Shown here: one piece after another, positions 34,105-45,617 of the stretch
Layout of the letters: each line of letters opens with the position of its first letter
How positions within the stretch are numbered: the first letter of the stretch is position 1
Position numbers and translations under genes: made by a program
The notes under the pieces: generated by a model
Seen by the model: only the letters and a program-made list of their open reading frames with translations
Databases searched by the model: none
What the model was told of the DNA's origin: nothing
NCBI GenBank assembly: GCA_963699545.1
Contig: CAVOUE010000005.1
Coordinates: forward strand, 352,001 to 416,000
Length of the DNA: 64,000 nucleotides
DNA from: Nitrospirota bacterium
GTDB lineage: Bacteria > Nitrospirota > Thermodesulfovibrionia > Thermodesulfovibrionales > UBA9159
Direction of reading: 5' to 3'

Positions 34105-36726
34105 ATGATACAAGGGATACTAAGAAAGGTTTTCGGCACAAAGAACGAAAGGGAGATGAAGCGTCTGTGGCCCATGGTGGACAGGATCAACGCCTTGGAG
34201 CCCCGGATCTCTTCCCTCAGCGACGAACAGCTCAAGACAAAGACCCCCGAGTTCAGGAGCAGACTTGAAGAGGGAGAGACTGTGGATGACATCCTCCCGG
34301 AAGCATTTGCAGTGGTGAGAGAGGTCTCGAAGAGGACCCTGGGGATGAGGCACTTCGACGTTCAGCTCATCGGCGGAGTCGTCCTGCACGAAGGCAAGAT
34401 CTCGGAAATGAAGACGGGTGAGGGAAAAACTCTGGTGGCCACTCTCCCCGTTTATCTGAATGCCCTTTCCGGACAGGGTGTCCATGTGGTCACGGTCAAC
34501 GACTATCTGGCCAGAAGGGATGCCCGGTGGATGGAGCCGATTTACCGTTTCCTCGGCATGTCGGTCGGCATCATCGTCCACGGCCTCACCGACGAGGAGC
34601 GCCAGGCAGCCTATGGTGCGGATATCACCTACGGGACGAACAACGAGTTCGGTTTCGATTACCTCAGGGACAACATGAAATACGACCTCTCCCAGTACGT
34701 CCAGCGGGAGATGAATTTTGCGATTGTGGACGAGGTGGACAGCATCCTCATCGATGAGGCGAGGACCCCCCTTATCATCTCCGGCCCTTCGGAGGATTCC
34801 ACCGACAAATACTACACGATCGATAAGATCATTCCGAAGCTTAAGAAAGACCAGGATTATACCATCGACGAAAAGGCCAAGACCGCCATCCTCACAGAAG
34901 AAGGGAGTCTCAGGGTCGAGCACCTCCTCGGCACCACGAACCTCTATGACCCCGCGAACATCGAACTGGTGCATCATACGCTTCAGGCCCTGAAGGCGCA
35001 TGCCATCTTCAAAAGAGACGTCGATTACGTAGTGAAGGACGGAGAGGTCCTCATTGTGGACGAATTCACCGGAAGGCTTATGCCGGGCAGGAGATGGAGC
35101 GACGGCCTCCATCAGGCGGTTGAGGCAAAGGAGGGGGTCAAGATCGAGAGCGAAAACCAGACCCTTGCCACCATCACGTTCCAGAATTATTTCAGGATGT
35201 ACACCAAACTCGCCGGCATGACCGGAACCGCAGATACCGAGGCTGAGGAGTTCGCAAAGATCTATAACCTCGACGTACTTGTCATACCCACGAACAGGCC
35301 TCTGATCCGACCCGATTACCCCGACGTGATCTACAAGACCGAAAAGGCTAAATTCAATGCGGCGATACGGGAGATCGAGGAACTGTACCAGAAAGGGCAG
35401 CCCGTGCTCGTTGGAACGATATCCATAGAGAAGTCCGAGACCCTGAGTCATATGCTGAAGAAAAAGGGCATCCCCCACTCCGTGCTGAACGCGAAGTACC
35501 ACGAGCGGGAAGCAGAGATCATTGCCCAGGCAGGGAGAAGTAGCGCAGTGACCATTGCAACGAACATGGCCGGAAGAGGCACAGACATTGTCCTTGGCGG
35601 CAACCCCGAGGGCCTTGCCCGCGATCTCCTGAAGGAGAAGAAGGAGTTCGCCGAAGAAGAGTGGCAGCAGACGCTGGGTAAGGCAAAAGAGCTCTGCCAA
35701 CGGGACAGGGAAAAAGTTGTGTCCTGCGGCGGCCTCCATATCCTTGGCACAGAGAGGCACGAGGCAAGGAGAATCGACAACCAGCTGAGGGGCCGTTCAG
35801 GCAGGCAGGGTGACCCGGGGTCTTCCCGGTTCTATCTCTCCCTTGAGGATGACCTCATGAGGATCTTCGGCTCGGACAGGATATCGGGGTTAATGTCAAA
35901 ACTGGGCATGGAGGAGGATGTGCCCATAGAGAACAGAATGGTCTCAAAGGCGATCGAGAATGCCCAGAAAAAGGTGGAAGCCCACAATTTTGACATCAGG
36001 AAGCACCTCCTGGACTATGACGACATCATGAACAAGCAGCGTACCGAGATATACTCCTTCAGGAAAGAGATCCTCCAGGGAGAGGGACTGAAGGAGAAGA
36101 TCTTCCAGATGATAGACGACATCGTTGACGAAATCGCGTTCATATACTGCCCCGAGGAAAAGCACCCGGAAGAGTGGGACATGAAGGGGCTGAAGGCTGC
36201 CGTCTTCGGAATATTCTCCATCACAGTGGACAACGCCCCCACCGGTATCGATAGCCTGAGGGAATCCCTCTCCTCGGTCATAAAGTCCGCCTACGACAAG
36301 CGGGAATCTGACATAGGCAACGAGACCATGCACTACCTCGAAAAAGTGGTCTTCCTCCAGGTGCTGGATGCCCAGTGGAAGGATCATCTCCTTGGCATGG
36401 ATCACCTGAAAGAGGGGATCGGTCTCCGGGGATACGGCCAGAGAGACCCCCTCACTGAATACAAGAAAGAGGCCTTTGATATATTTGCCGACCTCACCGG
36501 CAGGATATCCATGGACACCGTGAGCCGCCTCTTCAAGGTCCAGATACGGGAAGAGGAGGGGGTCAAGAAGCAACAGGTGCAACTGAAACAGCCGGTGCGG
36601 TATAATCGGGGTGAGGGGTCTGAGACGAACCAGCCCGTCACGAAAGGCAGGAAGATTGGAAGGAATGATCCATGCCCGTGCGGAAGCGGCAAGAAATACA
36701 AGAAATGCTGTGGCGCGAATGCCTAA
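34105..36726 (+). CDS. secA: Preprotein translocase SecA
   Basis: [38 protein letters not shown]. Confidence 0.99.
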   Translation: MIQGILRKVFGTKNEREMKRLWPMVDRINALEPRISSLSDEQLKTKTPEFRSRLEEGETVDDILPEAFAVVREVSKRTLGMRHFDVQLIGGVVLHEGKISEMKTGEGKTLVATLPVYLNALSGQGVHVVTVNDYLARRDARWMEPIYRFLGMSVGIIVHGLTDEERQAAYGADITYGTNNEFGFDYLRDNMKYDLSQYVQREMNFAIVDEVDSILIDEARTPLIISGPSEDSTDKYYTIDKIIPKLKKDQDYTIDEKAKTAILTEEGSLRVEHLLGTTNLYDPANIELVHHTLQALKAHAIFKRDVDYVVKDGEVLIVDEFTGRLMPGRRWSDGLHQAVEAKEGVKIESENQTLATITFQNYFRMYTKLAGMTGTADTEAEEFAKIYNLDVLVIPTNRPLIRPDYPDVIYKTEKAKFNAAIREIEELYQKGQPVLVGTISIEKSETLSHMLKKKGIPHSVLNAKYHEREAEIIAQAGRSSAVTIATNMAGRGTDIVLGGNPEGLARDLLKEKKEFAEEEWQQTLGKAKELCQRDREKVVSCGGLHILGTERHEARRIDNQLRGRSGRQGDPGSSRFYLSLEDDLMRIFGSDRISGLMSKLGMEEDVPIENRMVSKAIENAQKKVEAHNFDIRKHLLDYDDIMNKQRTEIYSFRKEILQGEGLKEKIFQMIDDIVDEIAFIYCPEEKHPEEWDMKGLKAAVFGIFSITVDNAPTGIDSLRESLSSVIKSAYDKRESDIGNETMHYLEKVVFLQVLDAQWKDHLLGMDHLKEGIGLRGYGQRDPLTEYKKEAFDIFADLTGRISMDTVSRLFKVQIREEEGVKKQQVQLKQPVRYNRGEGSETNQPVTKGRKIGRNDPCPCGSGKKYKKCCGANA

Positions 36727-38105
36727 GATACTTGTCATAGGGACAAGTCTTCTTGACAGGAGCTTCGAAGCTCTGTCCAGACACGGGGAAGCATCCAAAT
36801 TCAAATCTCTCGGCAGTGTGCATGTCAGGGCGGATGATCAGGTCGTTCTTCTCATCGTTGATAAGGACCAGCATAGGGAGCCGACCTTCAAAGATTTCGT
36901 AAGAACCTTCGCGGACGTGCCGAAGATCATCATATCCCATGATGATTCCTTCAGAGGCTTCGCCCGCTGGCTCAGGCTTCCCCTCACCTACCCGGTGCAT
37001 AATCCGGGCGAAAAGGAATTGGTCTTTCTCGCCGATCGTCTCGTGGCCGAACGGGACGTGCAATCTGAGAACAGGAAACTGAGGAATGACCTTTTTACCT
37101 CTCAGAGGGAGCTGGAATTCTTTGATGCGGTCGGGAGGGTCCTTACCTCGGACATGGAGCTTGATAACATGCTGGTCGTCATTATGAAAAGGACCAGGGA
37201 TATGATCAGTGCCTCGTCGTGGTCCATTTACCTCCTGGATGAAGAGACAGGAGACTTCGTGCTCGAAAAGACGGACGGAAGGAAGAAGAAAGACAAGGCC
37301 CTCAAATTGAGGTTGAAGCCGGGGGAGGGAATTACGGGCTGGGTGATCCAGGAAGGAATTCCCCTCATAGTTCCGGACGTTCTCCCGCGATGCACGGTTT
37401 GCAGGCTCAGCCCGCAGCCCTCGAAAGGCGATATCACTCATCTGTGTCCCGATTAAGAACAAGGAGCGCGTTATCGGTGTCATGGAATTTGCGGACAAGA
37501 CCACCGGCAGCCCCTTCACCAGGGATGACCTTAACCTCCTTCTGAAGATCGTGGATTATGCCGCCATTTCCATAGAAAGGGTCTCCTTGTACCATAAGAT
37601 GGCCGAACTGGCCATCACTGATGACCTCACCAAGCTCTTCAATTCCCGGTATCTGAACAGGACCATCGAGGTCGAGATCCACCGCTGTGAGCGTTCGCGC
37701 ACGTCGGTCTCTCTTATCTTCATGGATATCGATTATTTCAAGAATGTCAATGACCATTACGGTCATCTGGTGGGGAGCAAGGTCCTTGTGGAAGTGGGAC
37801 AGCTTCTCATCAAGAGCCTACGCTCCATCGACATTGTGGCGCGCTACGGAGGGGACGAATTTGTGGTGGTCCTTCCCCAGACCTCGCCGGATGTGGCGAC
37901 AAAGGTGGCCGAAAGGATACGAAAATCCATCGAACAGAACGTCTTCCTGAAGAAGGAGGGCTACGCCATCAGGATAACCGCCAGCTTCGGTGTCGCCTCC
38001 TATCCCGAGAGCGCAAAATCGAAAGAGGAGCTCCTAAAACTGGCTGACGAAGCGATGTACAGGGTGAAGAACTATACTAAGAACGGGGTTTATGCAATCA
38101 TGTAG
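36719..38105 (+). CDS. GAF-GGDEF diguanylate cyclase (indel near 37.4 kb)
   Basis: GAF (GEGITGWV...CVPIKNK) plus RSID I-site and ARYGGDEF. Confidence 0.88.
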
Positions 38106-38134
38106 AGCTCTCAACAGGTTACCTCTTTCCCGAC

Positions 38135-38800
38135 CTAATGACAATTCCCCTGACAATCACACGTCAGTTCACCCTTTGATTTCTCAAATGCTTCTCTCCC
38201 CTCCCTGCAAGCAAGGCCAGCTATCCCAATTGCACCTATGGAATCCAGCATACCGATACTGGTAACCTCATAGCCGACACTTGAGATAAGAAGCACAACA
38301 GAAAGATACACACACGCCTTTGAGCAATTTGCATCCGCCAGGAGTGCCTGAGAATTATACAGTCTGCCAATTTTGACTTTGTAATGAACAAGAATCCACA
38401 TACAGAGGATTGACACGACGGACACAACAATACCCCATAAGGTGGTTTCAGGTCTATATTCCTGATAGATGTTTATCGCAGAAGTGACGACCAATCCGAC
38501 AGCCAGGACATAAAATGCTCCTCCTGTAATCTGGAGTGCCCTCTTTTCAAAGATGTCATGATTAGTACTGTCATCTTGTTTCATGCGCTTGATCATGTGC
38601 CATATCCCAATGCCTGAGACTACTTCAACATAAGAATCCAGCCCAAAACCGAATAGTGCGACAGTCCCATCCTGAAGCCCAAAGAATACAGAAACACAGC
38701 CCTCAATTACGTTGTAAAAGATTGTTACAAGGGCAAGGGCTGATGCCCATTTGTAAAATGGTTTCCTCTCGTTAAGAGACTGAGGTATGAGTATTTGCAT
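38135..38800 (-). CDS. CDF-like cation transporter
   Basis: YNVIEG, FGLDS, ALLADA motifs. Confidence 0.8.
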   Translation of the reverse strand: MQILIPQSLNERKPFYKWASALALVTIFYNVIEGCVSVFFGLQDGTVALFGFGLDSYVEVVSGIGIWHMIKRMKQDDSTNHDIFEKRALQITGGAFYVLAVGLVVTSAINIYQEYRPETTLWGIVVSVVSILCMWILVHYKVKIGRLYNSQALLADANCSKACVYLSVVLLISSVGYEVTSIGMLDSIGAIGIAGLACREGREAFEKSKGELTCDCQGNCH

Positions 38801-38988
38801 CGTTCTATAATAGCCCAAAACTCCATGAGTTTCCTCATGTCCTGAATAAACCGCTGGTTCCCCTTCTCAGCAAATCCCCTGCCTGACATCAGCAAAAACC
38901 CTGTAGGACATTACATCCGAATCGGCTGCTACTACTTTCACTTGACCATTTATACCATCTCGTCTTAGAATGAAGAAAAGGGGGCACT

Positions 38989-39318
38989 ATGAAAAAGCTC
39001 TTCCTTGCTTCGATGGCGTTGTTTTCACTCTTTGCATGGACCATCGCTTATGCCCAAGAGCCATGGCGAGAGTATTGGATGAGACCCTGGATGATGAATT
39101 GGGGATTTGGATTGTGGTGGTTTATGCCTTTTGTCATGATCGCTTTCTGGATTGCTGTAATAATAGGAATAATTTCTCTTATCCGATGGCTCGCGAGGTC
39201 TGAAAGAGGCAGAGAGATAAAGTCAGGGGAGACAGCACTTGATATTCTAAAGAAGAGATATGCTAAAGGGGAGATAAGCAGAGAAGATTTTGAAACGATG
39301 AAGAAGGATATTTCATAA
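38989..39318 (+). CDS. SHOCT-domain membrane protein
   Basis: ALDILKKRYAKGEISREDF. Confidence 0.88.
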   Translation: MKKLFLASMALFSLFAWTIAYAQEPWREYWMRPWMMNWGFGLWWFMPFVMIAFWIAVIIGIISLIRWLARSERGREIKSGETALDILKKRYAKGEISREDFETMKKDIS

Positions 39319-39339
39319 GGTTTGACGAACGGAGGATTT

Positions 39340-40083
39340 ATGACTGAAAAGATAGACGTTGAAGGAATTCAGGATGCCGTGCGCAAGAAGTATGCAGAGG
39401 TCTCAAGCACGGCTGAAGGTAAACTTAACTATCCCACAGGAAGGGATGGTGCAATCTTGCAGGGTTATGACCCCCAAGTCATTCAGAGTGTGCCAGATGA
39501 ATTGATACAGTCATTCTGTGGTGTGGGAAATCCCTTTATTCTGGGACCAATCAGTTCGGGAGAAACAATACTTGATGTGGGCTGCGGTGCGGGATTTGAC
39601 CTCATTGTTGCAAGTCGCATGGTTGGGCAAAATGGCAAGGTATGTGGCATTGACCTTACGCCGGAAATGGCCGACAAAGCAAGAAATAATCTAAAACAAT
39701 ATGGAGTTCAAAATTATGATGTTCGGGTAGCGGGAGCTGAGTCCATTCCGTATCCCGACAGCAGCTTTGATGCAGCAATCTCAAACGGAGTGTTGAACCT
39801 TTCACCCTTAAAAGAAAGGAGCTTCAGAGAGATATACCGGGTCCTCAGGCCGAATGGTCGCCTCCAGTTCGCAGATATCGTTCAAAAGGAAGACTGTGGT
39901 GCGATGTGCAGCACCCTTGAAGCATGGTCAAATTGAATTGCGGGCGCGATCTCAGTTGGAGATCTGATAGACCTGATGAAGGGCATAGGTTTTGTTAAGG
40001 TGGAATATGTGGGCGAGACAAAGGTGTCGACTTCGCAATTTACCGTGGGGGGCTTATTTAGGGCAGTCAAGGTGAACAGTTGA
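39340..40083 (+). CDS. ArsM-like SAM-dependent methyltransferase, predicted selenoprotein (TGA 39934-39936 = Sec)
   Basis: SFCGVGNP, LDVGCGAG, ISNGV; frame continues W-S-N-U-IAGA for 48 more codons; hairpin downstream. Confidence 0.85.
39948..39964 (+). promoter_or_regulatory. Bacterial SECIS-like hairpin
   Basis: GATCTC-AGTTG-GAGATC starting 12 nt after the TGA, with G in the apical loop. Confidence 0.7.
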
Positions 40084-40310
40084 TGCGTTCAGGAATAGGA
40101 CAATAAAGAAACCTCTCATCAGGACGCTCCTTTTTTCTCCCTTTTCGCAGTTTCACAGAAGAAAGCATGGGACTGAAATGACAAAATTCGTCATAGCGTA
40201 TAAAAGTTGCATACCTTCGTGACAAGTATTACTCTATACTTGTCTGCGCAGCTGGAACGGAATGTTAAGGAACTACTTTCGGAAAAATGGTGTTTGTGCT
40301 ATAATTTGAC

Positions 40311-41405
40311 GTGGCTTTTTTCAATTACGTTACAAAAGAAATTACGCTGAAGGTTGTCTATTACGGCCCCGGTCTGAGTGGCAAGACCACCAATCTGCAG
40401 CACCTCTATTCCGTTCTGGATGCCTCATCCAGAGGGAAATTCATCTCCCTTGCCACAGAGTCTGACAGGACCCTCTTTTTCGATTTTCTCCCTGTGGAAC
40501 TCGGCAAGATAAAGGACTTTTCCGTGAGGTTCCAGCTCTACACGGTTCCCGGGCAGATACGCTACAACGCCACGAGAAAGCTTGTCCTGAAGGGTGCGGA
40601 TGCCGTGGTGTTCGTGGCGGATTCCCAGAGGGACATGAGGGAGCAGAATCTTGAGAGCTTCGCGAATATGAGAGAGAACCTCGTTGCCAATGGTCTGAAC
40701 CCCGACGAGATCCCTGTTGTCTTGCAGTGTAACAAACGTGATCTTCCGAACATCCTTTCAGTGGAGGAGATCAGCAGCGACCTGAACAGGAATAATTACC
40801 CGACTCTGGAGGCGGTGGCCTCTCAGGGCGCTGGGGTTCAGGAGACCTTCCGCCTGGTCACATCGAATCTTCTCAAGGACATTGCGAGAAAGCATAAGGT
40901 GGACATATCTTCAGCGAAAGAAGAAGCGATCACGGTGAAGGTCCCGGAAAAAGAGACGTTCGCCCTTGCCGGGGAAGTGCTGCCTCCGAAGGCCTTGCCG
41001 GTGGATGCAGGAGCCCATCAAATGAGGGTGCCGCCCAAAGAGGAAGTTTCGCCGTTTGCTGCGGCGCCGCAGGCAGCTGCACCTCCACGGACGCCGTTCA
41101 CTCCACAGGAGAGGGAGTCACCTCGCACAGCGGTCAGGGAGGCGGAAGAAAAGCCTCTCCGTGCCCGTCCGGTTCCTGCGAGGGCCGTCCCGTATCCTGA
41201 TGAAAAGATGACTTCTGTCCTGTCCCTGCTCAGAGAGATGAATCATTCCCTTGCCGGGTTACGGGAGGCCGTATCCGTGCTCTCCAGAGAGGTCAGGGAA
41301 ACCGGAAAACAACAGGCGGACATGATGAAGACGCTCAGGGAGGTTAGCATCTCTGTGGCCCAGAAGAAGAAGGGCAGCTGGTGGTCCCGTCTTTTTTCCC
41401 GCTGA
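40311..41405 (+). CDS. MglA-family small GTPase with long C-terminal extension
   Basis: YYGPGLSGKTTN, RTLFFDF, YTVPGQ, NKRD. Confidence 0.92.
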   Translation: MAFFNYVTKEITLKVVYYGPGLSGKTTNLQHLYSVLDASSRGKFISLATESDRTLFFDFLPVELGKIKDFSVRFQLYTVPGQIRYNATRKLVLKGADAVVFVADSQRDMREQNLESFANMRENLVANGLNPDEIPVVLQCNKRDLPNILSVEEISSDLNRNNYPTLEAVASQGAGVQETFRLVTSNLLKDIARKHKVDISSAKEEAITVKVPEKETFALAGEVLPPKALPVDAGAHQMRVPPKEEVSPFAAAPQAAAPPRTPFTPQERESPRTAVREAEEKPLRARPVPARAVPYPDEKMTSVLSLLREMNHSLAGLREAVSVLSREVRETGKQQADMMKTLREVSISVAQKKKGSWWSRLFSR

Positions 41406-41474
41406 TCTCTGCACGTGCTTGAAAATTCCTGTCCACACCTGTCAGAATAATTAGCTTATGCTTCGGAGAGTGCA

Positions 41475-42238
41475 ATGAACGCTAGGGCGCTGGTGAGTGA
41501 ACTTCAGGACTTCTATCTCCTTTCCTTTCGCGGCCTCATGGGGCTGCTGGGGAAACCCTTCTACCTGCGCGATACTATTGAACAGATGGACTATGCGGGT
41601 GCAGGTTCGTTCTTTATCATAATCCTCGTATCCCTCTTTGTGGGGATGGCCCTTTCCCTCCAGCTGGCAGCCGAGCTTTCGGTGCTCGGCCTGAAGATGT
41701 ATACCGGAAAGGTCGTGGGTATTTCGATCGTCCGTGAGATAGGCCCTGTTGCCGCGGCCCTTGTCTTTACCGGACGGGTCGGTTCAGGAATGGCGTCCGA
41801 GCTGGGATCCATGGTGCTCGGACATCAGGTGGATACGCTCAGGGTCTTCGGCGTTGACCCCGTAAAAAAGCTCGTCACCCCGAGGATAGTCAGCGCCCTT
41901 GTTATGCTGCCCGCGCTCACCCTTATTGGAGACGCCGCTTCCCTTATCGGGGGGTATTACATCGCGGTGTTCGTCAGCCACCAGAGCGGTAATGTCTACT
42001 GGAGCTCCATCAGGGAAGTTCTGAATTTTGAGAATGTCTTTCCGGCTCGGTGAAGCCTTTTATCTTCGGCTTTCTCATTTCATCCATCAGCTGTTACATG
42101 GGACTTTCCGCGAAGGGCGGCGCCATCGGTCTCAGGGGGGCGACTACGAGGGCGGTGGTGCTCTCCATCATCATGATCATCGTCGCCGATTTTATCCTCA
42201 CAAGGATATTGCTTTATGCCCTGGGGTTCAGCGTATGA
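41475..42238 (+). CDS. mlaE: MlaE family ABC permease (one indel)
   Basis: REIGPV, GRVGSGMASELGSM, ATTRAVV. Confidence 0.88.
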
Positions 42239-42984
42239 TCAGCTTTGACGGAGTCAGTTTCTCGTACGGTTCACGGTCCATCCTGAGTGACCTTCATTTC
42301 TCCATCGGGGCCGATGAAAGGGTGGCAGTGCTGGGAGGAAGCGGAGAAGGCAAAACGACCATTCTGAAACTTATTATGGGCCTCATTCGACCTGACTCGG
42401 GGAAAATATTCATAGACGGCGAAGATATCACCGGCAAGACGGAAAAAGGACTGCGGGACGTGCGGATGAAATTCAGCATCGTCTTCCAGGAAGGGGCCCT
42501 GTTCGATTCTCTGAATGTGAAAGAGAATGTGGCCTTCTGTCTCAGAGAATACACCAACATGTCGGATGAAGAGATCGACCGGAAGGTGCGGGACCTTCTC
42601 CGGAGGGTGGACGTCGAACAGGCAATGGAACTCATGCCCGAAGAGCTGAGCGGAGGGATGCACCGGAGGGTCGCTATCGCCCGGTCCCTGGCCGCTTTCG
42701 AACCGATGATGTTCCTTTACGACGAGCCGACAAGCGGCCTTGATCCGGTGAACGCCGACAACATATGCAAACTTATCCTCGACCTCTCCCGGAACGGAAA
42801 GGGTTTCATCATCGTCACCCACAAGGTCTTTGACGCGTTGAAGGTTGCCGGCAGGTTCCTGTTCCTGCAGGACGGGAAGATGCTCTTTGACGGGGACAGG
42901 GAACAGCTTCTCCATTCCCCCATTCCCGAGATTCAGACATTCATTAGCGAGTTGCAGCATAAAGAGGAGGGAAAACATGTTTGA
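42235..42984 (+). CDS. mlaF: MlaF family ABC ATPase
   Basis: GGSGEGKT, FQEGALFDS, LSGGM, YDEPT. Confidence 0.88.
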   Translation: MISFDGVSFSYGSRSILSDLHFSIGADERVAVLGGSGEGKTTILKLIMGLIRPDSGKIFIDGEDITGKTEKGLRDVRMKFSIVFQEGALFDSLNVKENVAFCLREYTNMSDEEIDRKVRDLLRRVDVEQAMELMPEELSGGMHRRVAIARSLAAFEPMMFLYDEPTSGLDPVNADNICKLILDLSRNGKGFIIVTHKVFDALKVAGRFLFLQDGKMLFDGDREQLLHSPIPEIQTFISELQHKEEGKHV

Positions 42985-43957
42985 TATGAAGAAGCAGCTC
43001 ATGTGGTCAAAACTGAAGGTCGGCGCGGTGATCACCCTCGCTCTCATTACCCTGTTTTTTACCGTGTTCTTTGCGGGGGGGATCGAAGATCTGCTCTCTC
43101 CCAAGATCAACGTGAAGGCCCAGATACAGGATGTGAAAGGATTGCGGCAAGGCTCGCCCGTATGGCTCTCAGGCGTAGAGATAGGCTCGGTGAAAGCGAT
43201 ACAGCTTCACCCCGAATTCGGGACGGTTATCACCCTTTCGGTGAAAAAGAGCGCCATGAAATACGTGAAGAAGGACTCCCACGCCAGTGTGCTTACCATG
43301 GGTCTCCTCGGAGACAAGTACGTTGAATTGAGCGCCGGGACCGCAAAAGCAGGTGTTATTCAGCCCGATGATATGATCGCTGGGGCGGCCCAGCTCGAGC
43401 TGAAGGACGTGATGGAAATCGGCACGGTTTCCATACAGAGGATGTCCGATTTCATCAGGAAGCTTGACAACCTCCTCACAAAGATTGAAAAGGGTGAAGG
43501 GACGGTCACCAGGTTCCTTACCGATCCGACCCTCTACGATAATCTCAGGGATGCCACGAAGTCATTGTCCCTGACCCTTAAGGACATCAGGGATGCGAGG
43601 GGCACCATGAAACTGCTCATGGAAGACCCCGCACTCTATAACAATCTCCTTGCCGCTTCCTCTTCCCTGGAAGGATTGAGCAGAAAGATGAACGAGAGCT
43701 CGGGCACACTGAGGAGGATGATCGAGGACCCCGCACTTTATAACAGGCTGCTGGCCGCCACTGTGTCTTTGGAGGAGTTCAGTACGAAGTTCAACTCTGT
43801 GCTGGAAAAAATCGATAAGGGCGACGGCGTTGCGGGAACTCTTGTGAACGATAAAGAGATGGCCGGAGAGCTGAAGGACACGGTGGCGGAACTGAGACAG
43901 CTCCTGAAGGATATCAAGACTGACCCGAAGAAATACTTCAAGTTCAGCGTCTTCTGA
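42977..43957 (+). CDS. mlaD: MlaD/MCE family protein
   Basis: GLRQGSPV..SGVEIG, GLLGDKYV, helical repeats. Confidence 0.88.
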   Translation: MFDMKKQLMWSKLKVGAVITLALITLFFTVFFAGGIEDLLSPKINVKAQIQDVKGLRQGSPVWLSGVEIGSVKAIQLHPEFGTVITLSVKKSAMKYVKKDSHASVLTMGLLGDKYVELSAGTAKAGVIQPDDMIAGAAQLELKDVMEIGTVSIQRMSDFIRKLDNLLTKIEKGEGTVTRFLTDPTLYDNLRDATKSLSLTLKDIRDARGTMKLLMEDPALYNNLLAASSSLEGLSRKMNESSGTLRRMIEDPALYNRLLAATVSLEEFSTKFNSVLEKIDKGDGVAGTLVNDKEMAGELKDTVAELRQLLKDIKTDPKKYFKFSVF

Positions 43958-44019
43958 GGCAGAAAGATCGTGCAGAAGATAGAATACGTTCTTGTGTTTG
44001 CGTAATTTTGTATCCCGTC

Positions 44020-44910
44020 ATGGACAAACAAAAGAGCAACTGGATACCGGGTAGACCCTTTAGCTTCCTGTTGAAGGTATTGAGTGACTTCAAACGGAAT
44101 CAGGGTCTGTTGCTCTCCGGCGCCATTGCCTACTACACCCTGTTGTCAATTGTGCCCATGTCAATCCTTGCCCTTATCGTGCTGTCCCATTTCATAGAGG
44201 AGACACAGTTATTTCACACCTTATCAACGTATCTGGAAATGATGATACCCGGCTATGCAGCAACGTTGACTGAACAGGTACGGGTATTCCTTGAGCACCG
44301 CAAGGTGATCGGCGGTATCGGGTTCATGGTCATGCTATTTTTTAGTTCCATAGCCTTTACCGTGCTTGAGAACGCCATGTCGGTGATCTTTTTTCACCGT
44401 GTCAGAATTCAGCGCCGCCACTTCTTGATCTCCGCCATTATTCCTTACATGTATATCTTCCTGATGGGTCTGGGTATTGTACTCGTGTCGTTTATCTCGG
44501 GAGCAATAGAGACGTTTGAAGGCAGACAATTAATGATTTTTGGCTGGGGTGTAAGACTTCAAGGGGCCTCCGGAGTTGCGCTGTATATACTGGGAATAAT
44601 CGGTGAGGTGCTGCTGCTCACTTCTCTCTATCTGGTCATGCCCGTGGCGCGTATCACATTTCGCCATGCACTGATCGGAGGAGTAACCGCAACGGTTTTA
44701 TGGGAGATCACCCGTCGCGTGCTGGTCTGGTATTACTCGGTCTTGTCTATGGTGAATCTGATCTATGGTTCTTTCGCTACGGCGGTGGTGGCCCTTCTCA
44801 GCATAGAGGCCATCGCATTGATCCTTCTGTTAGGCGCTCAGGTCGTCGCGGAGCTTGAGCGGACGGCCGGCGAACTGGCCAGGAAAAAGCCGTCGGGTTT
44901 TGAGACATGA
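44020..44910 (+). CDS. YihY/virulence factor BrkB family membrane protein
   Basis: AIAYYTLLS, YGSFAT, LLLGAQ. Confidence 0.9.
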   Translation: MDKQKSNWIPGRPFSFLLKVLSDFKRNQGLLLSGAIAYYTLLSIVPMSILALIVLSHFIEETQLFHTLSTYLEMMIPGYAATLTEQVRVFLEHRKVIGGIGFMVMLFFSSIAFTVLENAMSVIFFHRVRIQRRHFLISAIIPYMYIFLMGLGIVLVSFISGAIETFEGRQLMIFGWGVRLQGASGVALYILGIIGEVLLLTSLYLVMPVARITFRHALIGGVTATVLWEITRRVLVWYYSVLSMVNLIYGSFATAVVALLSIEAIALILLLGAQVVAELERTAGELARKKPSGFET

Positions 44911-44966
44911 TGCTCATTGTAACAGGGAGTAGACCTCGCGAACACGGACGGGAAGCGGAAAGAACC

Positions 44967-45617
44967 TCACACCAGCTTCTTCACCAGGATCTCTCTCGCG
45001 ATGTCAGGGTCAAGGGCGATGGTGGTCTCGTCGATCTGGATCACGCAGGACGGCATCTTCTGGAGAAGTTTAATGGTGCTGCCCGGGGCTATTCCCACTG
45101 AACCAAGTCTCGCGAGCCTTGCTGCCTCGGACGGGATGATAAAGACGATCCTCCCCTTTGAACCTACCTCAAACTCCGACAACCGCGTGACCACCGGCGA
45201 CACTTCAAGCTTATATTTCTTGCAGCATTCTCCCTTGGGGATGGGCTTTCCGTGAGGACAGGTGGGGGGATGACCCAGGAACGTGCACACGCTGTCGGTC
45301 AACTCCTCGCTCAGGATGTGTTCCATCCTGCACGCGTCCGCTTCCACCACTTCATCTTTCATCTCGAACACGTCCATGAAGAGCCTCTCCGCCAGACGGT
45401 GGCGGCGTATCAGTCCCCTTCCAAGAAAACGCCCCTTGTCCGAAAGATGGATTATTCTCCCTTCAGTCGTCACGAGAAGGTCTTCTCTTAATGCTCCCAG
45501 AAGTTCGTCAACATCGGGGTCATCTGAACTTAATCTGAACCGTTCCAGTTCGTAATGTCCCTCTTCATCGAGAAGCCAGAGGACCTCGAGTGCCTCGTCT
45601 ATGCGTTCTCTATCCAT
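44967..45617 (-). CDS. DtxR/MntR family metalloregulator with FeoA domain
   Basis: RRHRLAE, ACRMEH, PPTCPHGKPIP, C-terminal FeoA-like domain. Confidence 0.92.
   Translation of the reverse strand: MDRERIDEALEVLWLLDEEGHYELERFRLSSDDPDVDELLGALREDLLVTTEGRIIHLSDKGRFLGRGLIRRHRLAERLFMDVFEMKDEVVEADACRMEHILSEELTDSVCTFLGHPPTCPHGKPIPKGECCKKYKLEVSPVVTRLSEFEVGSKGRIVFIIPSEAARLARLGSVGIAPGSTIKLLQKMPSCVIQIDETTIALDPDIAREILVKKLV

Noticed and set aside
34120-35760. 546-aa antisense ORF within secA (and similar long shadow ORFs in alaS, ubiB, ffh)
   Set aside because: Typical antisense shadow of GC3-rich coding sequence
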